From: Neocallimastix sp. 'constans' | Lineage: Eukaryota | Reading direction: 5' to 3' | Assembly (NCBI GenBank): GCA_050613775.1 | Contig: JBODTK010000013.1 | Coordinates: 1,488,001-1,552,000 of the forward strand | DNA: 64,000 nt | In this document: one piece after another, positions 14,228-36,597 of the stretch | Numbering within the stretch: the first letter of the stretch is position 1 | How the letters are laid out: every line of letters starts with the position of its first letter | The notes under the pieces: generated by a model | What the model was told of the DNA's origin: nothing | Databases searched by the model: none | Seen by the model: only the letters and a program-made list of their open reading frames with translations | Made by a program: the position numbers and the translations under genes

Positions 14228-15699
14228 TATTAAATTTTCTTGAATTATATATAAAAAATATTGATTTTAATTGTTTTTTCAAATTAAAAAAAAAAAAAAT
14301 AATTAGTATACATATACAAAAATTAAACATTTAAATAATATTCACATCTTTATTTTTTTAATATTCAGTTTATTACTATTCATAAAATAAAAATAAAATA
14401 TAAGATATTTTGAATAACAATCATTTGAATAACTTACCCCAAAATTAAATTATCAAAAAAAATTAAATTATAAAAAATATTCTTATATATTTATGAAGAA
14501 AAAATTTTCTTAATAAATAAAAATTATTATTTTCTTAATAAAGAAAAATATAATTTTCTTATTTTCTTTTTTAAGAATGAAATTACTTTTATTTTAAATA
14601 TAAACAAGACTTTTATTAAATGCTTGTTTATAAATATTTTTAATATTTAATTTTTATAAAATTATTTTTATATTATTTTATTTTATTTATTTTTATTATT
14701 GGTTTTTAATTTTATCTTCTGTTTTTTATTAAATTACTTTTGTTAATAGTTTTATTTTTCAAACTACTATCACAGAAGTTTTCTTATTTTTTCTTATTTC
14801 TTAAGTTTTTTATAATATTTTTACTTTTTTTTATCTCTTATATATTTTTAAAGGTTTATTAAATATTAATCTTTTTTTTATTTCTAAATGACAAATTCGT
14901 TTTAAATGTAAATTAAATAATATCTATTAATACTGGATTAATTGAACATCTAAATATACTTTAAAACTATTAATGGGTTTAGATTAAATAAAATTATTTT
15001 ATTTTAATCAAAAATTTTAGTTTTCTTTTCAATTGAACTCTATTTATTTAAATAAATAAAAAAAAGAATCCTTTAATAAAAAAATATTTTGAAAAAGCAA
15101 TAAATAACTACTGAAAAAAAAATTTTTTTTCTTCTTTTATTTTAATTTTTATTTCATTAAAGAAACAACAATTTAAATTTAATTTTCCAATATTTCAATA
15201 ATAAATTTGACGAATAGTTCTCCTCAATATTAAAATTTTATTTACTTTTCTTAAAAAAAAAAAAAAAAAAAAAAATTAAAATTAAAATTAAATATTTAAT
15301 ATATGCATTTAATTAAAACTATTTATTTATTTAATATTTATGTATTTACTTATTATTCATAATATTTTATTAATTTAAATAATATTGTCCATTTAATTCT
15401 ATTTTTTTTTTTAAAATTGCTGATTAATAGTGATAAAAAATATTATATTAACAATATAGTAGTAATATACATCTAATATACTCATATTGTAATTGCATTA
15501 TATGTAACTCTTTCCTTTTGTTTCTGTCCTACCTTGGATAGAATTCATTCTGATATATATTGCAATGCATTGTTGAGAGTATATTAAGTATTCACAAATG
15601 TAACATATTAAAATATATTATTAATATATATCGTATTTATATCATAATACATCATTTAATCAAAAAAAAAAATTTTTTTAAATTTTTTTGACTCGATTT

Positions 15700-15975
15700 A
15701 ATTAAATAAATTAAAATAAATTAAAATAAATTAAAATAAATAAATAAATAAATAATAAATAAATAAATAATAAATAATAAATAATAAATAATAAATAATA
15801 AATAATAAATAATAAATAATAAATAATAAATAAATAAATAATAAATAATAAATAATAAATAATAAATAATAAATAATAAATAATAAATAATAAATAATAA
15901 ATAATAAATAATAAATAATAAATAATAAATAATAAATAATAAATAAATAATAAATAAATAAATAAATAAATAAAG
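15700..15975. repeat. (AATAAAT)n simple repeat
   Basis: Directly visible. Confidence 0.85.
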
Positions 15976-18159
15976 TTAACTAATAATTTATTTTTTTCCT
16001 CATAATTAATAGATTTATAAAATTATGTTATTAAAGAAGAAATAACTTTTTTGATTCATCATTAATAGAATAAAGTTCTTAACTCTTATTTTTTATAAAA
16101 AAAAATCATATTATAATGATTTATTTCTAAACATTCCTTTATTTAATAATTAGTATAGAGTTGTTTTTATTTATCATTAAGTCTATTTTACAAAATTTAT
16201 ATTATATAATATTTATATTTAATATCTATATTATTAAATTTAGCTATTTAATGTTTTAAAATTCCCTTTTAAAAATTTTATATTATTTAATTAAAGATTA
16301 TTTAGTATGTAGTATTCATTCGTTTATTTATTCATTTATTCAAATATTTATTCAAATATTTGTTTAAATATTTATATTCATATTTATAAATATTTTTATT
16401 TAATAATTTTTTATTTAAAGCTGTTTTCAATCTTTTTTTTTTAATTTTTATTACTAAATATTTATTAATTATGTGATATTCACTTTTTATATGAAAGGTA
16501 GGTTTAGTGTCCTTCAAAATTTTTATTATAATTTCAGTTTCAATATATATTTTTTTCTTTTTTGAAATTGTATTTTGAAATTTTTTTTTTTTTAATTTAT
16601 AATTTGATTTCCATTTTCCTTTTCCAAGTAAATAAACTTTATTAATTAATAAAAATATAATAAAATTAAATCTTAAATTTATACATAAAAAAAAGATTAT
16701 TAATTAAACTTTAAAAAAATATATATGTAAACATATAGTATATAATTATATTATATATAACTATATTATATATTAATATAATGTATGTAAATATATTTAA
16801 TTTATAAGGTTTTAATATTATTCTATTAAATGCTATCATAAAACAAAAAATGTATATACATATATACATATATATTTATACATATTATTAAATACAATAC
16901 CAATTAGTTGTATGTACATTTATTTGATTTTGTACATAAACAATATATATGAAACATTTTTTGTTGTAAAAAAGATGTATTTAGGTTTAATGTATTTAGA
17001 ATTATATTATTATACCCTCGAAAAGTTATGTTCAATTTCTATCTACTATCTACTTTCTTTGCTAAGAGAAATGCACCATATGTTCCAGTTAGACAAAACC
17101 TTTCTAACAAAAGAAATGAAGCACAACAACAAAAAAATGTTCCAAAACAACAATATCATTACATAAATTTGTTATTAAATAAAAAAATAAATTATAATTA
17201 ATAAATAATAATAAATAATAATAATAAATAAATAATAAATAATAATAAATAAATAATAAATAATAAATAATTAAATAATAAATAAAAAATAAAAAATAAT
17301 AAATAGAATTTAATATATAAAAACTATAATTTTATTTATTTGATTATTGATTTATCCATTTATTTATAGCATTTCATTTTAATAGTCATTACCAATATTT
17401 CAATTATATATATATTTTTTACAAATTAACTATTAATTTCTGTATTTTCAGATATTTATCTTTACCAATTTATCGTATGTTAAATATTATAATTTGATTA
17501 AAAAATTTTAGAATTATAAATATCATTACTTAAAAAAAATGAATAGATAGAATAATTATATTTAATAAAAATTTTGATGAAATGCAAGATTATATGTATT
17601 AATTAATTAATTATTTTATTTTATATATTTATTAATATATTTTTAATTTTATAAGACGAACAGAAATATAAAGCAATTACATTATTCTATTAAGATAGAG
17701 AATTTTTTAATTTAATAGTACCCTTTAATATAATATAATAGCAAATCTCAAAGGGATAAAATTTGACACTTTTTACTATTATAACTTTCATTTAACCATC
17801 TGTAATCCTTTTAATTGACTTAATAAAAATAATAATCCTTTAAGTATTATTAATTATCATTGATAATATTAAATATTTTCTTATTATTATTGTTCACTAT
17901 TATTATTCTAATTGTTTGTTTTTAATATATCTATAAAAGAAAAAAAAAAAAAAAAAAAGACTACTAATTAATTAAAGTTGATTGTTCCCTTTTCTAAATA
18001 AAGAAAATTTTTATAATTAAAATCATAATAAATATATTAATTTATACTATATCGTAGAATTATATAATGGACCAAAATTATATAATTTATTTCATTGAAA
18101 ATTAAATATAATTGTATATTTAATACTATTTATTATATTTATTAATTATTAATTATTAA

Positions 18160-18820
18160 TTATTTATTAAAATTATTTATTATTTATTATTTATTTATTT
18201 ATTATTTATTATTTATTATTATTTATTATTTATTATTTATTATTATTTATTATTTATTATTTATTATTTATTATTTATTATTTATTATTTATTATTTATT
18301 TATAATACTATTCTTTATTATTCAATTATTATTTAATTATTTATTATTCAATTATTCAATTATTTATTATTTATTATTCAATTATTTATTATTTATTATT
18401 TATTATTAATTATTAATTATTTATTATAATTATTTATTATTTATTATTTATTATTTATTATTTATTATTTATTATTTATTTTTTTTTTTTTTTTTTTTAG
18501 ACAGGGAAGAGAATAATTTATTATTTATTATTAAATATTAATTATTTATTATAATTATTTATTATTTATTATTTATTATTTATTATTTATTATTTATTAT
18601 TTATTATTTATTATTTATTATTTATTATTTATTATTTATTATTTATTATTTATTATTTATTATTTATTATTTATTATTTATTATTTATTATTTATTATTT
18701 ATTATTTATTATTTATTATTCAATTATTCAATTATTTATTATTTATTATTTATTATTTATTATTCAATTATTCAATTATTTATTATTTATTATTATTTAT
18801 TATTTATTATTTATTATTCA
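18160..18820. repeat. (TTATTTA)n low-complexity tandem array, interrupted by a retroelement tail at ~18480-18514
   Basis: Directly visible. Confidence 0.85.
18479..18514 (-). mobile_element. Extremely 5'-truncated copy of the same retroelement family: terminal ~16 nt plus poly(A)
   Basis: (T)20-AGACAGGGAAGAGAATA is the exact reverse complement of TATTCTCTTCCCTGTCT-(A)n, which ends the 51131-51857 element. Confidence 0.8.
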
Positions 18821-19965
18821 CTCTTTATTGAAATTGAATATTAATTAAAGGAAAAGAAATACTTATTAAAAGATAAATTACTATTATTTTCTAATTTACA
18901 TAATAAAAGAAAAATTATATATAACTGTATTAATCTATATTATTATATCTAGATAATTCTTGATATTTTTTCATTTGACTATTAAAAATTTTTATATTTT
19001 ACATTTATTTTTATATTATATTAACTCTTTAAATGGATTTGATTATATAAAATATCATATTATTGTTTAATTTATTAATGATATAGATAGTTGAAATTAT
19101 TATTTCATATTTCTTTTTAATTTTCTTTAGACATTAAGATAATATTGAAAAATATTATATATTATTTTATTATTTTACTATTATAATATTCATTTTATTC
19201 ATTCATTTTTTTTACTTAACCATTATGTTAATTAACAATTTATCATTGAAAGAGAGAAAAAAAAATGTAAAAAGATATTCTTTTTAATTATTAACAATAA
19301 ATAAATATATCAAGGATTATATTATATAATTGATACTTTTTTTTTTTTTTTTTTCAATAGTTTCACTTTTTTCTTTTTTTAGTAGTATAATCAGACAATA
19401 ACTTACCTTATATATAGATATATTTTAAAAAAAAAAATCATTAAAATTTAAACTCTTCAATAATAATTAAAATTTTTTAAAAAAATAAATTATTTACCAT
19501 TTAATTAGAGTTGTTAAACAATTTTTATTTCAAAGATGAAGATTATAACATAATACAGACTACACAATTTTTTCATAAGGATATTGGTTATTTTTATTTG
19601 TTAATATTAATGGTTTTTTTTTTTAACAAAAAATATATTTTAATATATTTAAATTTTAAAAGTTATATATATATTTATTATTGATAAATCTATCAATAAT
19701 AAAAAGCAATGTTCGATTTTTAATTAAAATATTAATTTTTGATTTAAAAATTTTAAATTTAAAATCATATAATTTTAATATATAAAAATTTAATTTTGAT
19801 CAATTATGAATGGATTATATTATTATTTAATCCATTCATTATTATATTTAATATAATTATTTTATATTTTCGATAAAGTTAATTTTTAAATATTTACATT
19901 AAAAATAATTATTTTATATATATTTATATATAAATTATAAAAAAAAAAGAAAAAGAAATCAAACT

Positions 19966-23500
<3,535 letters not shown>

Positions 23501-23559
23501 AAAAAAAAAATCATAAAAAATGATGATAATGATAATAATAAAATAATAAAAAAAAAATA

Positions 23560-23840
23560 AAATAAATAGCGAAGTAATATAAAATATGTAAAGTATTAAT
23601 AAAAATAAAATAAAATTAAATAAATAGCAAAGTAATATAAAACATGTAAAATATTAATAAAAATAAAATAAAATAAAATAAAATAAAATAAATAGTTGAA
23701 ATATAAATATAAAGTACAAATTGTATAAAATAAAATAAAATAAATAGTTGAAATATAAATATAAAGTACAAATTGTATAAAATAAAATAAAATAAAATAA
23801 ATATCGAAATAATATAAAATATGTTAAGTATTAATAAAAA
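23560..23840 (-). repeat. Diverged 5-unit inverted copy of the compound satellite at 57290-64000
   Basis: Units AAATAGCGAAGTAATATAAAATATGTAAAGTATTAAT and AAATAGTTGAAATATAAATATAAAGTACAAATTG, separated by (AAAAT)n, match the reverse complements of the two unit types in the large array. Confidence 0.8.
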
Positions 23841-25281
23841 AAGAATAAAATATAATAATAATAATTTTTTTTTAAAAAAAAAAAAAAAAAACTATTAATC
23901 ATAAAAAAAATTTAACAATTAATGAATAAATATATAATGTCCTCTCAATTCGAATACTTTTCAGACAGAAGTAAATATTAAATAAGTGCTTTAAATTAAA
24001 TTTGAGAATTTTCGATTTTCATTTTTAAAAAGATAAATATAGTTATATAAAAATTAAAATTTAATATATAAATGAATATTTGGTGGATCTAAAATACCGA
24101 ATTTTTCTTCATACCTTAATTTGAAGTACAAAAATAATTATAATAATATATTATAATATTAACCTCTAAAAAGAATAATAAATTTTTTATACTGATATAA
24201 AAATATTACTTAATATATTAATTGTTCATTAACAAACTTTGTATTTTGAAAACTATTAAAAATGATTTTATTATTAACCTCTTATTTTAATATTAGGATG
24301 ATGATATAATTGTTTATAATAAACCATTAAAAAATAGGAAAATATAAAAATAATAATTTTAATTAAATATATATATTTGGACTAAGATATAGGGCCTCCC
24401 CTCTAAGCAGGGCTAATATGAAAAAACAAATTTTCCCTATATATCGCTTTATACGACGAGCTTCTTTTTATTGGTCTTTTGAACCATTATCGAAGGAAGA
24501 ATAATTATATATTCCTCTCACTAGTCAAGTGTTCTTTGAGTTTTGCAATTTTATAGTCAAATAACAAGACTAACACAAATTATTTATTTATTTATTTATT
24601 TATTTAATTGTTAAAACTTTAAATTTTATATAAATTAAATATAATAAATATATTAAATAAATTAATATATATATTAAGTAATAAATGATTAAATAAAGAT
24701 TAAATAATTAAATAATTAATAATTTATAAAATACAGAAATTAAATAATAAAAATTTCAATTTTATATATTATTATGAAACATGAAGTAGTAATAAATGAA
24801 AAAATACTAATGAAATAATAAAGGTGTTTAAAAAGTTAAATTAAAAAAATAAAAAAGCAATAAAATAATATAGAAGAAAAAAAGAATTATGTATTAAATA
24901 TTATTTTAAAATAAAATTATCAGTATAGAAATTTTTTTTAATTTTATTTTTTTATAAATTTATTTTTTTTTTTATACTGATTTTATTTAATTACTCTCAT
25001 TTGATAATTACTTATCCATTTAGATAATTAAAGAAAAAAATAAAATAAAAAAGATAAAATTACAATAAACCAAAATAAAAATAAATAATAACAATAATAA
25101 GTTAATAAATTGTTATTACTATTATTTCAATAGAAAGTGGTAAAAAATATTTTAATATTATATAAATATTCAATAATATCAATGAACAATAGCAAAAATA
25201 TTTAAAAAAATAATATATTAAGAAAAGTGAATATTTTATATCTATATTAAAAATAATAAATTAATAGTACAAAGTCTAATA

Positions 25282-30343
<5,062 letters not shown>

Positions 30344-30355
30344 GCAATAACAAGT

Positions 30356-30467
<112 letters not shown>

Positions 30468-31079
30468 CCTTCTTTTTTCTTTTTTATTTATTTATATAAT
30501 AAAAAAATTCATCTTTAAATACTATTATATAATCTTATTCATATTTTATTTTATTTTATTTTATTTTATTTTTTTTTTTTGATACTAAAGAATATTAATT
30601 ATATTAGTATTAATAATTAATTATAAAATATAGAGTATATTATATGTAAATTTTTTAAGTAATAATGAAACAAATAAAAAAGAAAATATTAAAGTATTAT
30701 CTATAATATATTTGTATATATAATATCCATATAAATTAAAGTTTTAAAAATAATATAATAAAATCAAACAAAATAAAATAATATTTAATAGAATATATAA
30801 TAGAATATATAAATTATAATAAAAATAAAAGGAAAAGGTATTCTTTAAATATTATATACAAAAAGAAAAAAAAAATTTTTTTTATTGATAAAAAATATAT
30901 TATAAAATATAATATTAAATTAAGATAATAAATTTTTAACAATAATAGTATATATAATATATATTTATTTATATTTAAAAATGAATGAATAATAAAAATT
31001 AGGAGATTACAATAGATATTTTTAGAAAATTGGTATTTTTAGTTTACAATTTAATTTAACATTTTAATAAATACTTTTA

Positions 31080-31895
31080 ATTTTGTTTAAGGAATATACC
31101 TTTATATCTCTTCCTACTCAACTATTTTTCGATTGTGAAAAATCAAAAAAATTAAAGAATATATTTTTATATTCCCTCTTGGTGGTGGAACTTTAGTTCT
31201 AGATGAACTACAATTCAATACTGAGGAACAAAGACATTTAAAAGAACTTCTATTAAAGAGTTCTGGGCCTAAGGTTCCATATATACAGTTAGCCTCACGG
31301 ATTGCCTTACCAGCACTATATTAGTCATTAGTAGCTCTCTTGAGTTACTCTTTGATTAGTATAGTTAAAAAAAAAAAAAAAAAAAAGAAGAAGAAAAAAA
31401 AAAAACACTTCACAATCAAAAGATTCAACATTGAATCGATATGGCAAAGAAGAATCTCTATTACCTGTCCTCCTAGTGGTACATCTTAATACAAATAGCA
31501 ATAATCATTCTTTTTACACAACGAATCTACAGAAATTGAATCTTCTGATAAATATTTCTATTGGTTCGAAAAAGAGTTTAGTGATTTTCATACTATCTAC
31601 TTTACAGATGATATTACTTGTTTACTTAAGCATTTTTGGTAGAAATGGTCTCTATTCATATCATAATACCATAATAACTTTCAATTTTTTTTTTTATTTT
31701 CATTGTATTACATTAACTTTATTTTTTGCTAAATTTAATTTTTAATATTTTTTATATATATATAATTTTTATCTTTACATAATAATGTATTTTTCCACAT
31801 AATGTATACAATGTATTTAATATTTTTTTTTTAATAATTAATAAATAAAGTAATGGAAGTGTATTCTCTTCTTAGACAAAAAAAAAAAAAAAAAA
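31080..31895 (+). mobile_element. Degenerate 3' fragment of a non-LTR-retroelement-like family (older copy, with stops and frameshifts)
   Basis: Colinear with 51131-51857: LGGGTLVLDELQFNTEEQRHLKELLLK vs LGGTLVLNELHFDSGEQRHLNELLFK, and ISSSLELLFD* vs ISSSFELLFDR. It shares GGAAGTGTATTCTCTTC just before a poly(A) tail. The 5' boundary is approximate. Confidence 0.78.
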
Positions 31896-32340
31896 CTTTT
31901 TTTCAATTTCAACTTTTATTATAATTTTAAATATTAAATAGTATATTACAAATAAATGAGATATGTAATAATTTTATATAATTTATATAATTTATGATAT
32001 AACTAATATAGTTTTATCAAATTTTTTATTTTTTATGCCTCTTTGTATAATTAATATGAAAACTTGTATTTAATGTATTGAAATATATATGATCCATTAA
32101 AGTTAGTAAATAAAGTTAGTAAATTAACAAAATAATGAGATTTTTAACAGATATAAAACAATATATATATATTTAGAATTGATATAATTTATTTTTATGA
32201 TATTAGTAATAAAAAGAGAAAAAAATTTATAAAATTAAAATTTCCACAAGAAAAAGTATAAATTTTTGTATATTTTATTATAAAAAAAATATTATTAATA
32301 TTGGGTAAGATGAATAATTAAATAAACTTTTTGATTGAAA

Positions 32341-32379
<39 letters not shown>

Positions 32380-33407
32380 CATTATTGCATATCAAATGAT
32401 TTTTAAATTTTTAATTATCATTAAATTATTATATTTATTACACCATAATATAATATAAAAATTAAATATTACTGAAAATTGTAATGAAGTTACTGTTATT
32501 TTTATGAAATAATAAATAACAATTGATTGTTTCTATTCTGAATTTCTATCATTGATATTTTGAAAAATTATTCCTATACTTGATAATTGTGCTATGCTCA
32601 ATCATATAGCTTTAATATAATAATAATGCTTATGTATTATATATAAATATATGGTATATATTTTATGAAAAAAATAAAATAAAAAAATTTTCATTATAAA
32701 GAAAGAGTAATAAAAATGACAGAAATAAAAAATACAGAAATAAAAAATATAAATTATTACTATTTTATTTTTTATTCCATACCTTTCAAATTATATTAAA
32801 ATTAAAATGAAAAAAAAAAAAAAAAAATTCCTTGTTATATAAAAGAAATGAATAAGAATTTATTATTTAATACGTTTCAAATTAACTGGCATGCATTTAT
32901 TGTATTGTTTAAATTATAAATTGTATATAATTATAATTATAATATATATAATTCATATTATACATGTTATTTAAGGATAAAAATAAATTACATGTTTAAT
33001 CACTTTTTTTTTCTTATATAAATAACTCAGTTTTTTTTTTAAAAAAAATTGGCACAATAAAACATTATGTATATATATATATTTTTTTAATCAAGCTATA
33101 AAATGGTATTAAAGTTGTATTGAAGAATTTAAAATATTCAATTTAATTAAAAAATTTTTTTTTATTTTTTATATTTTATATATTTTTTATTTTTATTTTC
33201 ATTTTATTTTATTTTTATTTTTTTTTTTAATAAATAATTTTTTAAATTTAAAAATAATTAAATTTAAATAATTGTAAACTATTATTATTTTATTATTATT
33301 ATTTTTAATAATAAATAAAAATTTAAATATAATTAAAATTACAGTGAATAGTTACATTAATATTATTAAATATAGTATACTATAATATATAATATACATA
33401 TATTAAC

Positions 33408-33442
<35 letters not shown>

Positions 33443-33682
33443 CATTCAAAAAATAAAAACTAAATATTGATTGAATAACTATGAAGCAATACATGGTGAT
33501 TGCTGATAATTTTTTTTTTTATAAAAAAAAAAAAAAAAAAAAAAAATAAAAATAAAAAAAAAAATAAAATAAAAATGAAAAATTTCAATTTTATTAATAA
33601 CTGCTTTTTATATAAATATTATAATTAATTAGTTATGTTATAAATGAATTTATCGAGAATATATTAAAATTACTTTAAATAA

Positions 33683-33726
<44 letters not shown>

Positions 33727-33801
33727 ATTTTTTTTTTCTTTAAACTATATACAAATATTTTAATGCTTATAATTATTATTTATTATTATTATTTTAAATA
33801 T

Positions 33802-35304
33802 TTATATGTTACTTTTAATTCTTATGGTATAAGATTTTAAAATATCTTCATTTCCATTATCTTCAATGTATTGTAATACACTTCTTTGATTATTATCATA
33901 ATCATAAATATTTGCATCATGATCAAATAGAATTTCTGTTATTTCTTCTAAATCATTTTCAATAGCATAGATAAGTGCTGTCTTTCCATATTTATCCTTA
34001 CTATTAATATTACAATTAGAATTTAATAACATCTTAACTATTTCATTATTTCCATAAATTACAGAATGTATCAAACAGGTTTTTTCATCTTCATCTTTCA
34101 AATGAATATCTGCCCCTCTTTTCAATAATAATTCTACAATATATTTGTTACGTTGCTTACATGCCCACATTAGTGATGTCATTCCATGATCATCTTTATA
34201 ATTAATATCAGATCCTTTATTAAGTAACAATTCAGTAAGAGGTATATTATTACATTGACTTGCCCATATTAATGGAATTTTTCCCATACGATCAATATCC
34301 ATAATATTTATACCGGCTTCTATTAAAAGCATTGAAACTTTATTATTATCATTAGTAATAGAATAAACAAGTGATGATAAATTACTATTATCTTTGATAT
34401 TAACATCAGCTCCAGAATCTAATAATAATTTGACGACAGCATAATTTCCACATTGACATGCATGAGATAAAGGTGACATACCATAAAAATCCTTTGTGTT
34501 AATATCTGCTCCATGTGAAAGAAGTAGCTTAATGATTTCTACATTTTCTCTGTAAGTAGCCCATATTAATGCATTTTTACTGTCTTCACCATGATCATTA
34601 ATATTTATATTATATTCTAATATTTCTTTAACAATTTCATAAATATTTAATCGACATCCTAAAATTAATGCCGTATCATTATCATTATTTCTTAAATTAA
34701 TATTAATTTTTTCCTTTTTTTCTTTTATTTTCTTTTGTATAAATTTCACAACACGTTTCTTATTAGATTTATATGAAAAAAGTATATCAATAATAAATTG
34801 AGGATCATAAATATAATGATGTAATATCAATTTAATATATTTAATATTTCCATATCTAATAGCATTCATTAAACAAGTATTTCCTTTATTATCTTGTGAA
34901 TTAATATTAATATGCATATTTAATAAATATTTCAATTGAGCACCATTTATTTCTTTTGAATTAAAAAGATATGATAGAACATTTTCATGTTTGTCATTTA
35001 AAAAATTAATATCGGCTTTATTTTGTAAAAGAAGATTGGATACAGCAAAATTATTATGCTTTATTGCAGTGAATAAAGGTATTTTTTTATCTACGGTTTG
35101 GAAATTTAAATTATCTATGACATTGATTACACTTTTTATGATGGCAATATCGTAGTCTTTTTCAATTAAATAAATTAATATATTCTGAACATTACAAGTA
35201 TTTTGATGATGATATTTCAAAAGAAATGTTAAATCATTTATATTTTTTATATTTACTATATCAGATATTATTTTACTTTCTGCTGATGTTTCAAAACTTT
35301 TCAT
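33802..35304 (-). CDS. Intronless ankyrin-repeat protein, 500 aa
   Basis: About 11-12 ankyrin repeats, e.g. GMSPLSHACQCGNYAVVKLLLDSGADVNIKD and GMTSLMWACKQRNKYIVELLLKRGADIHLKD. Confidence 0.93.
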   Translation of the reverse strand: MKSFETSAESKIISDIVNIKNINDLTFLLKYHHQNTCNVQNILIYLIEKDYDIAIIKSVINVIDNLNFQTVDKKIPLFTAIKHNNFAVSNLLLQNKADINFLNDKHENVLSYLFNSKEINGAQLKYLLNMHININSQDNKGNTCLMNAIRYGNIKYIKLILHHYIYDPQFIIDILFSYKSNKKRVVKFIQKKIKEKKEKININLRNNDNDTALILGCRLNIYEIVKEILEYNININDHGEDSKNALIWATYRENVEIIKLLLSHGADINTKDFYGMSPLSHACQCGNYAVVKLLLDSGADVNIKDNSNLSSLVYSITNDNNKVSMLLIEAGINIMDIDRMGKIPLIWASQCNNIPLTELLLNKGSDINYKDDHGMTSLMWACKQRNKYIVELLLKRGADIHLKDEDEKTCLIHSVIYGNNEIVKMLLNSNCNINSKDKYGKTALIYAIENDLEEITEILFDHDANIYDYDNNQRSVLQYIEDNGNEDILKSYTIRIKSNI

Positions 35305-35516
35305 TTTTTTAAATTTTTATATATAAAGTATATAAAAATATATACTTAATGTATCTTTTAAAATCAAAAAAAAAAACAAAAAACAAAAAACAAAAAACAA
35401 AAACAAAAAATACAAAAAGCAAAAGCAAAACGAAAGAAAAAAAAGAAAAAAAGAAAAGGAAAAAAAAAGTGAAATAAAGAAAAAAGATAATTAAAATTAA
35501 TACTTATAATATTTTC

Positions 35517-35558
<42 letters not shown>

Positions 35559-36270
35559 AAATGTATAAATTATTTAATTAACTAATAATTATTAAAAATT
35601 AAAGTTTATGAAGGTATTTAAAAATTAATAAATATATGCATATGAATAAAAAAATAAATATAATAATTATAAAATAAATTAAAGAATATATAATTTTAAT
35701 TTTTAATTTCTTAATTTTTTTTTTTTTTTATTTTCTTTAAAAAATAAAAAAAAGGATAAATTCCATACAAAATAAGAAAAAAAAAAAGTGGACTTTTATT
35801 CTAATGATATTTATTACTAATTATTAATTATTAATTATTAATAGAAAATTTTATTATTGCATATAAAAATAAATATATATATATACAATTTTTTTTTGAT
35901 TTTTTTATCTTTATTTGTAATAGTTATTTTTTCATATAAATAAAAAAATAAAATCTCAATGTATTAAAAATATAATAAAAATATATATACAACTTTTTTT
36001 TTTTTTTAATATATGTTAACATATTAATATAAAAACTATAATGTGTATTTATTATTACTATTATTATTATTATTGTTAATTGTTATTACTTTAAATGGAA
36101 TTAAAATTATAAATATCATAAAAATATTTATTGTTATTTACATGTAGGTTAAGTAGTAAATAATATTACTTTTTCACATTATAAATATATATAAATATAT
36201 ATATATATTTTTAATTTTAAAATAATAATTTATTCAACTATTATTATAGTATATAAATAAATAAATAATT

Positions 36271-36308
<38 letters not shown>

Positions 36309-36597
36309 AAAAATTAACTAAAAATTTAAATTTTTTTCATTTTAAACAATAATAATAGTAGTAATAATAAAAAATATTTTTTAATATTAAAAAGTTTTTT
36401 TTTTTAAAAAATGTAAATAATAAAGAGGTATATTTTATAATACTTTCTTTTTTAGAGTATTATTTGGGATTATTATTGAATTAAAGATATTAAATATATT
36501 AAAAAAAGGAATATATTGTGTGAAACATTTTTTTTTTTTTTTTTTTTTTTTGGAAAATTTGCATTTTATCTTTTCTTTTTTTTTTTTTTTAAAATAA

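Noticed and set aside
19397..19410. U1 snRNA 5' end (ACTTACCT)
   Set aside because: No following U1 stem-loops or Sm site; more likely a chance match or a minus-strand donor-like motif.
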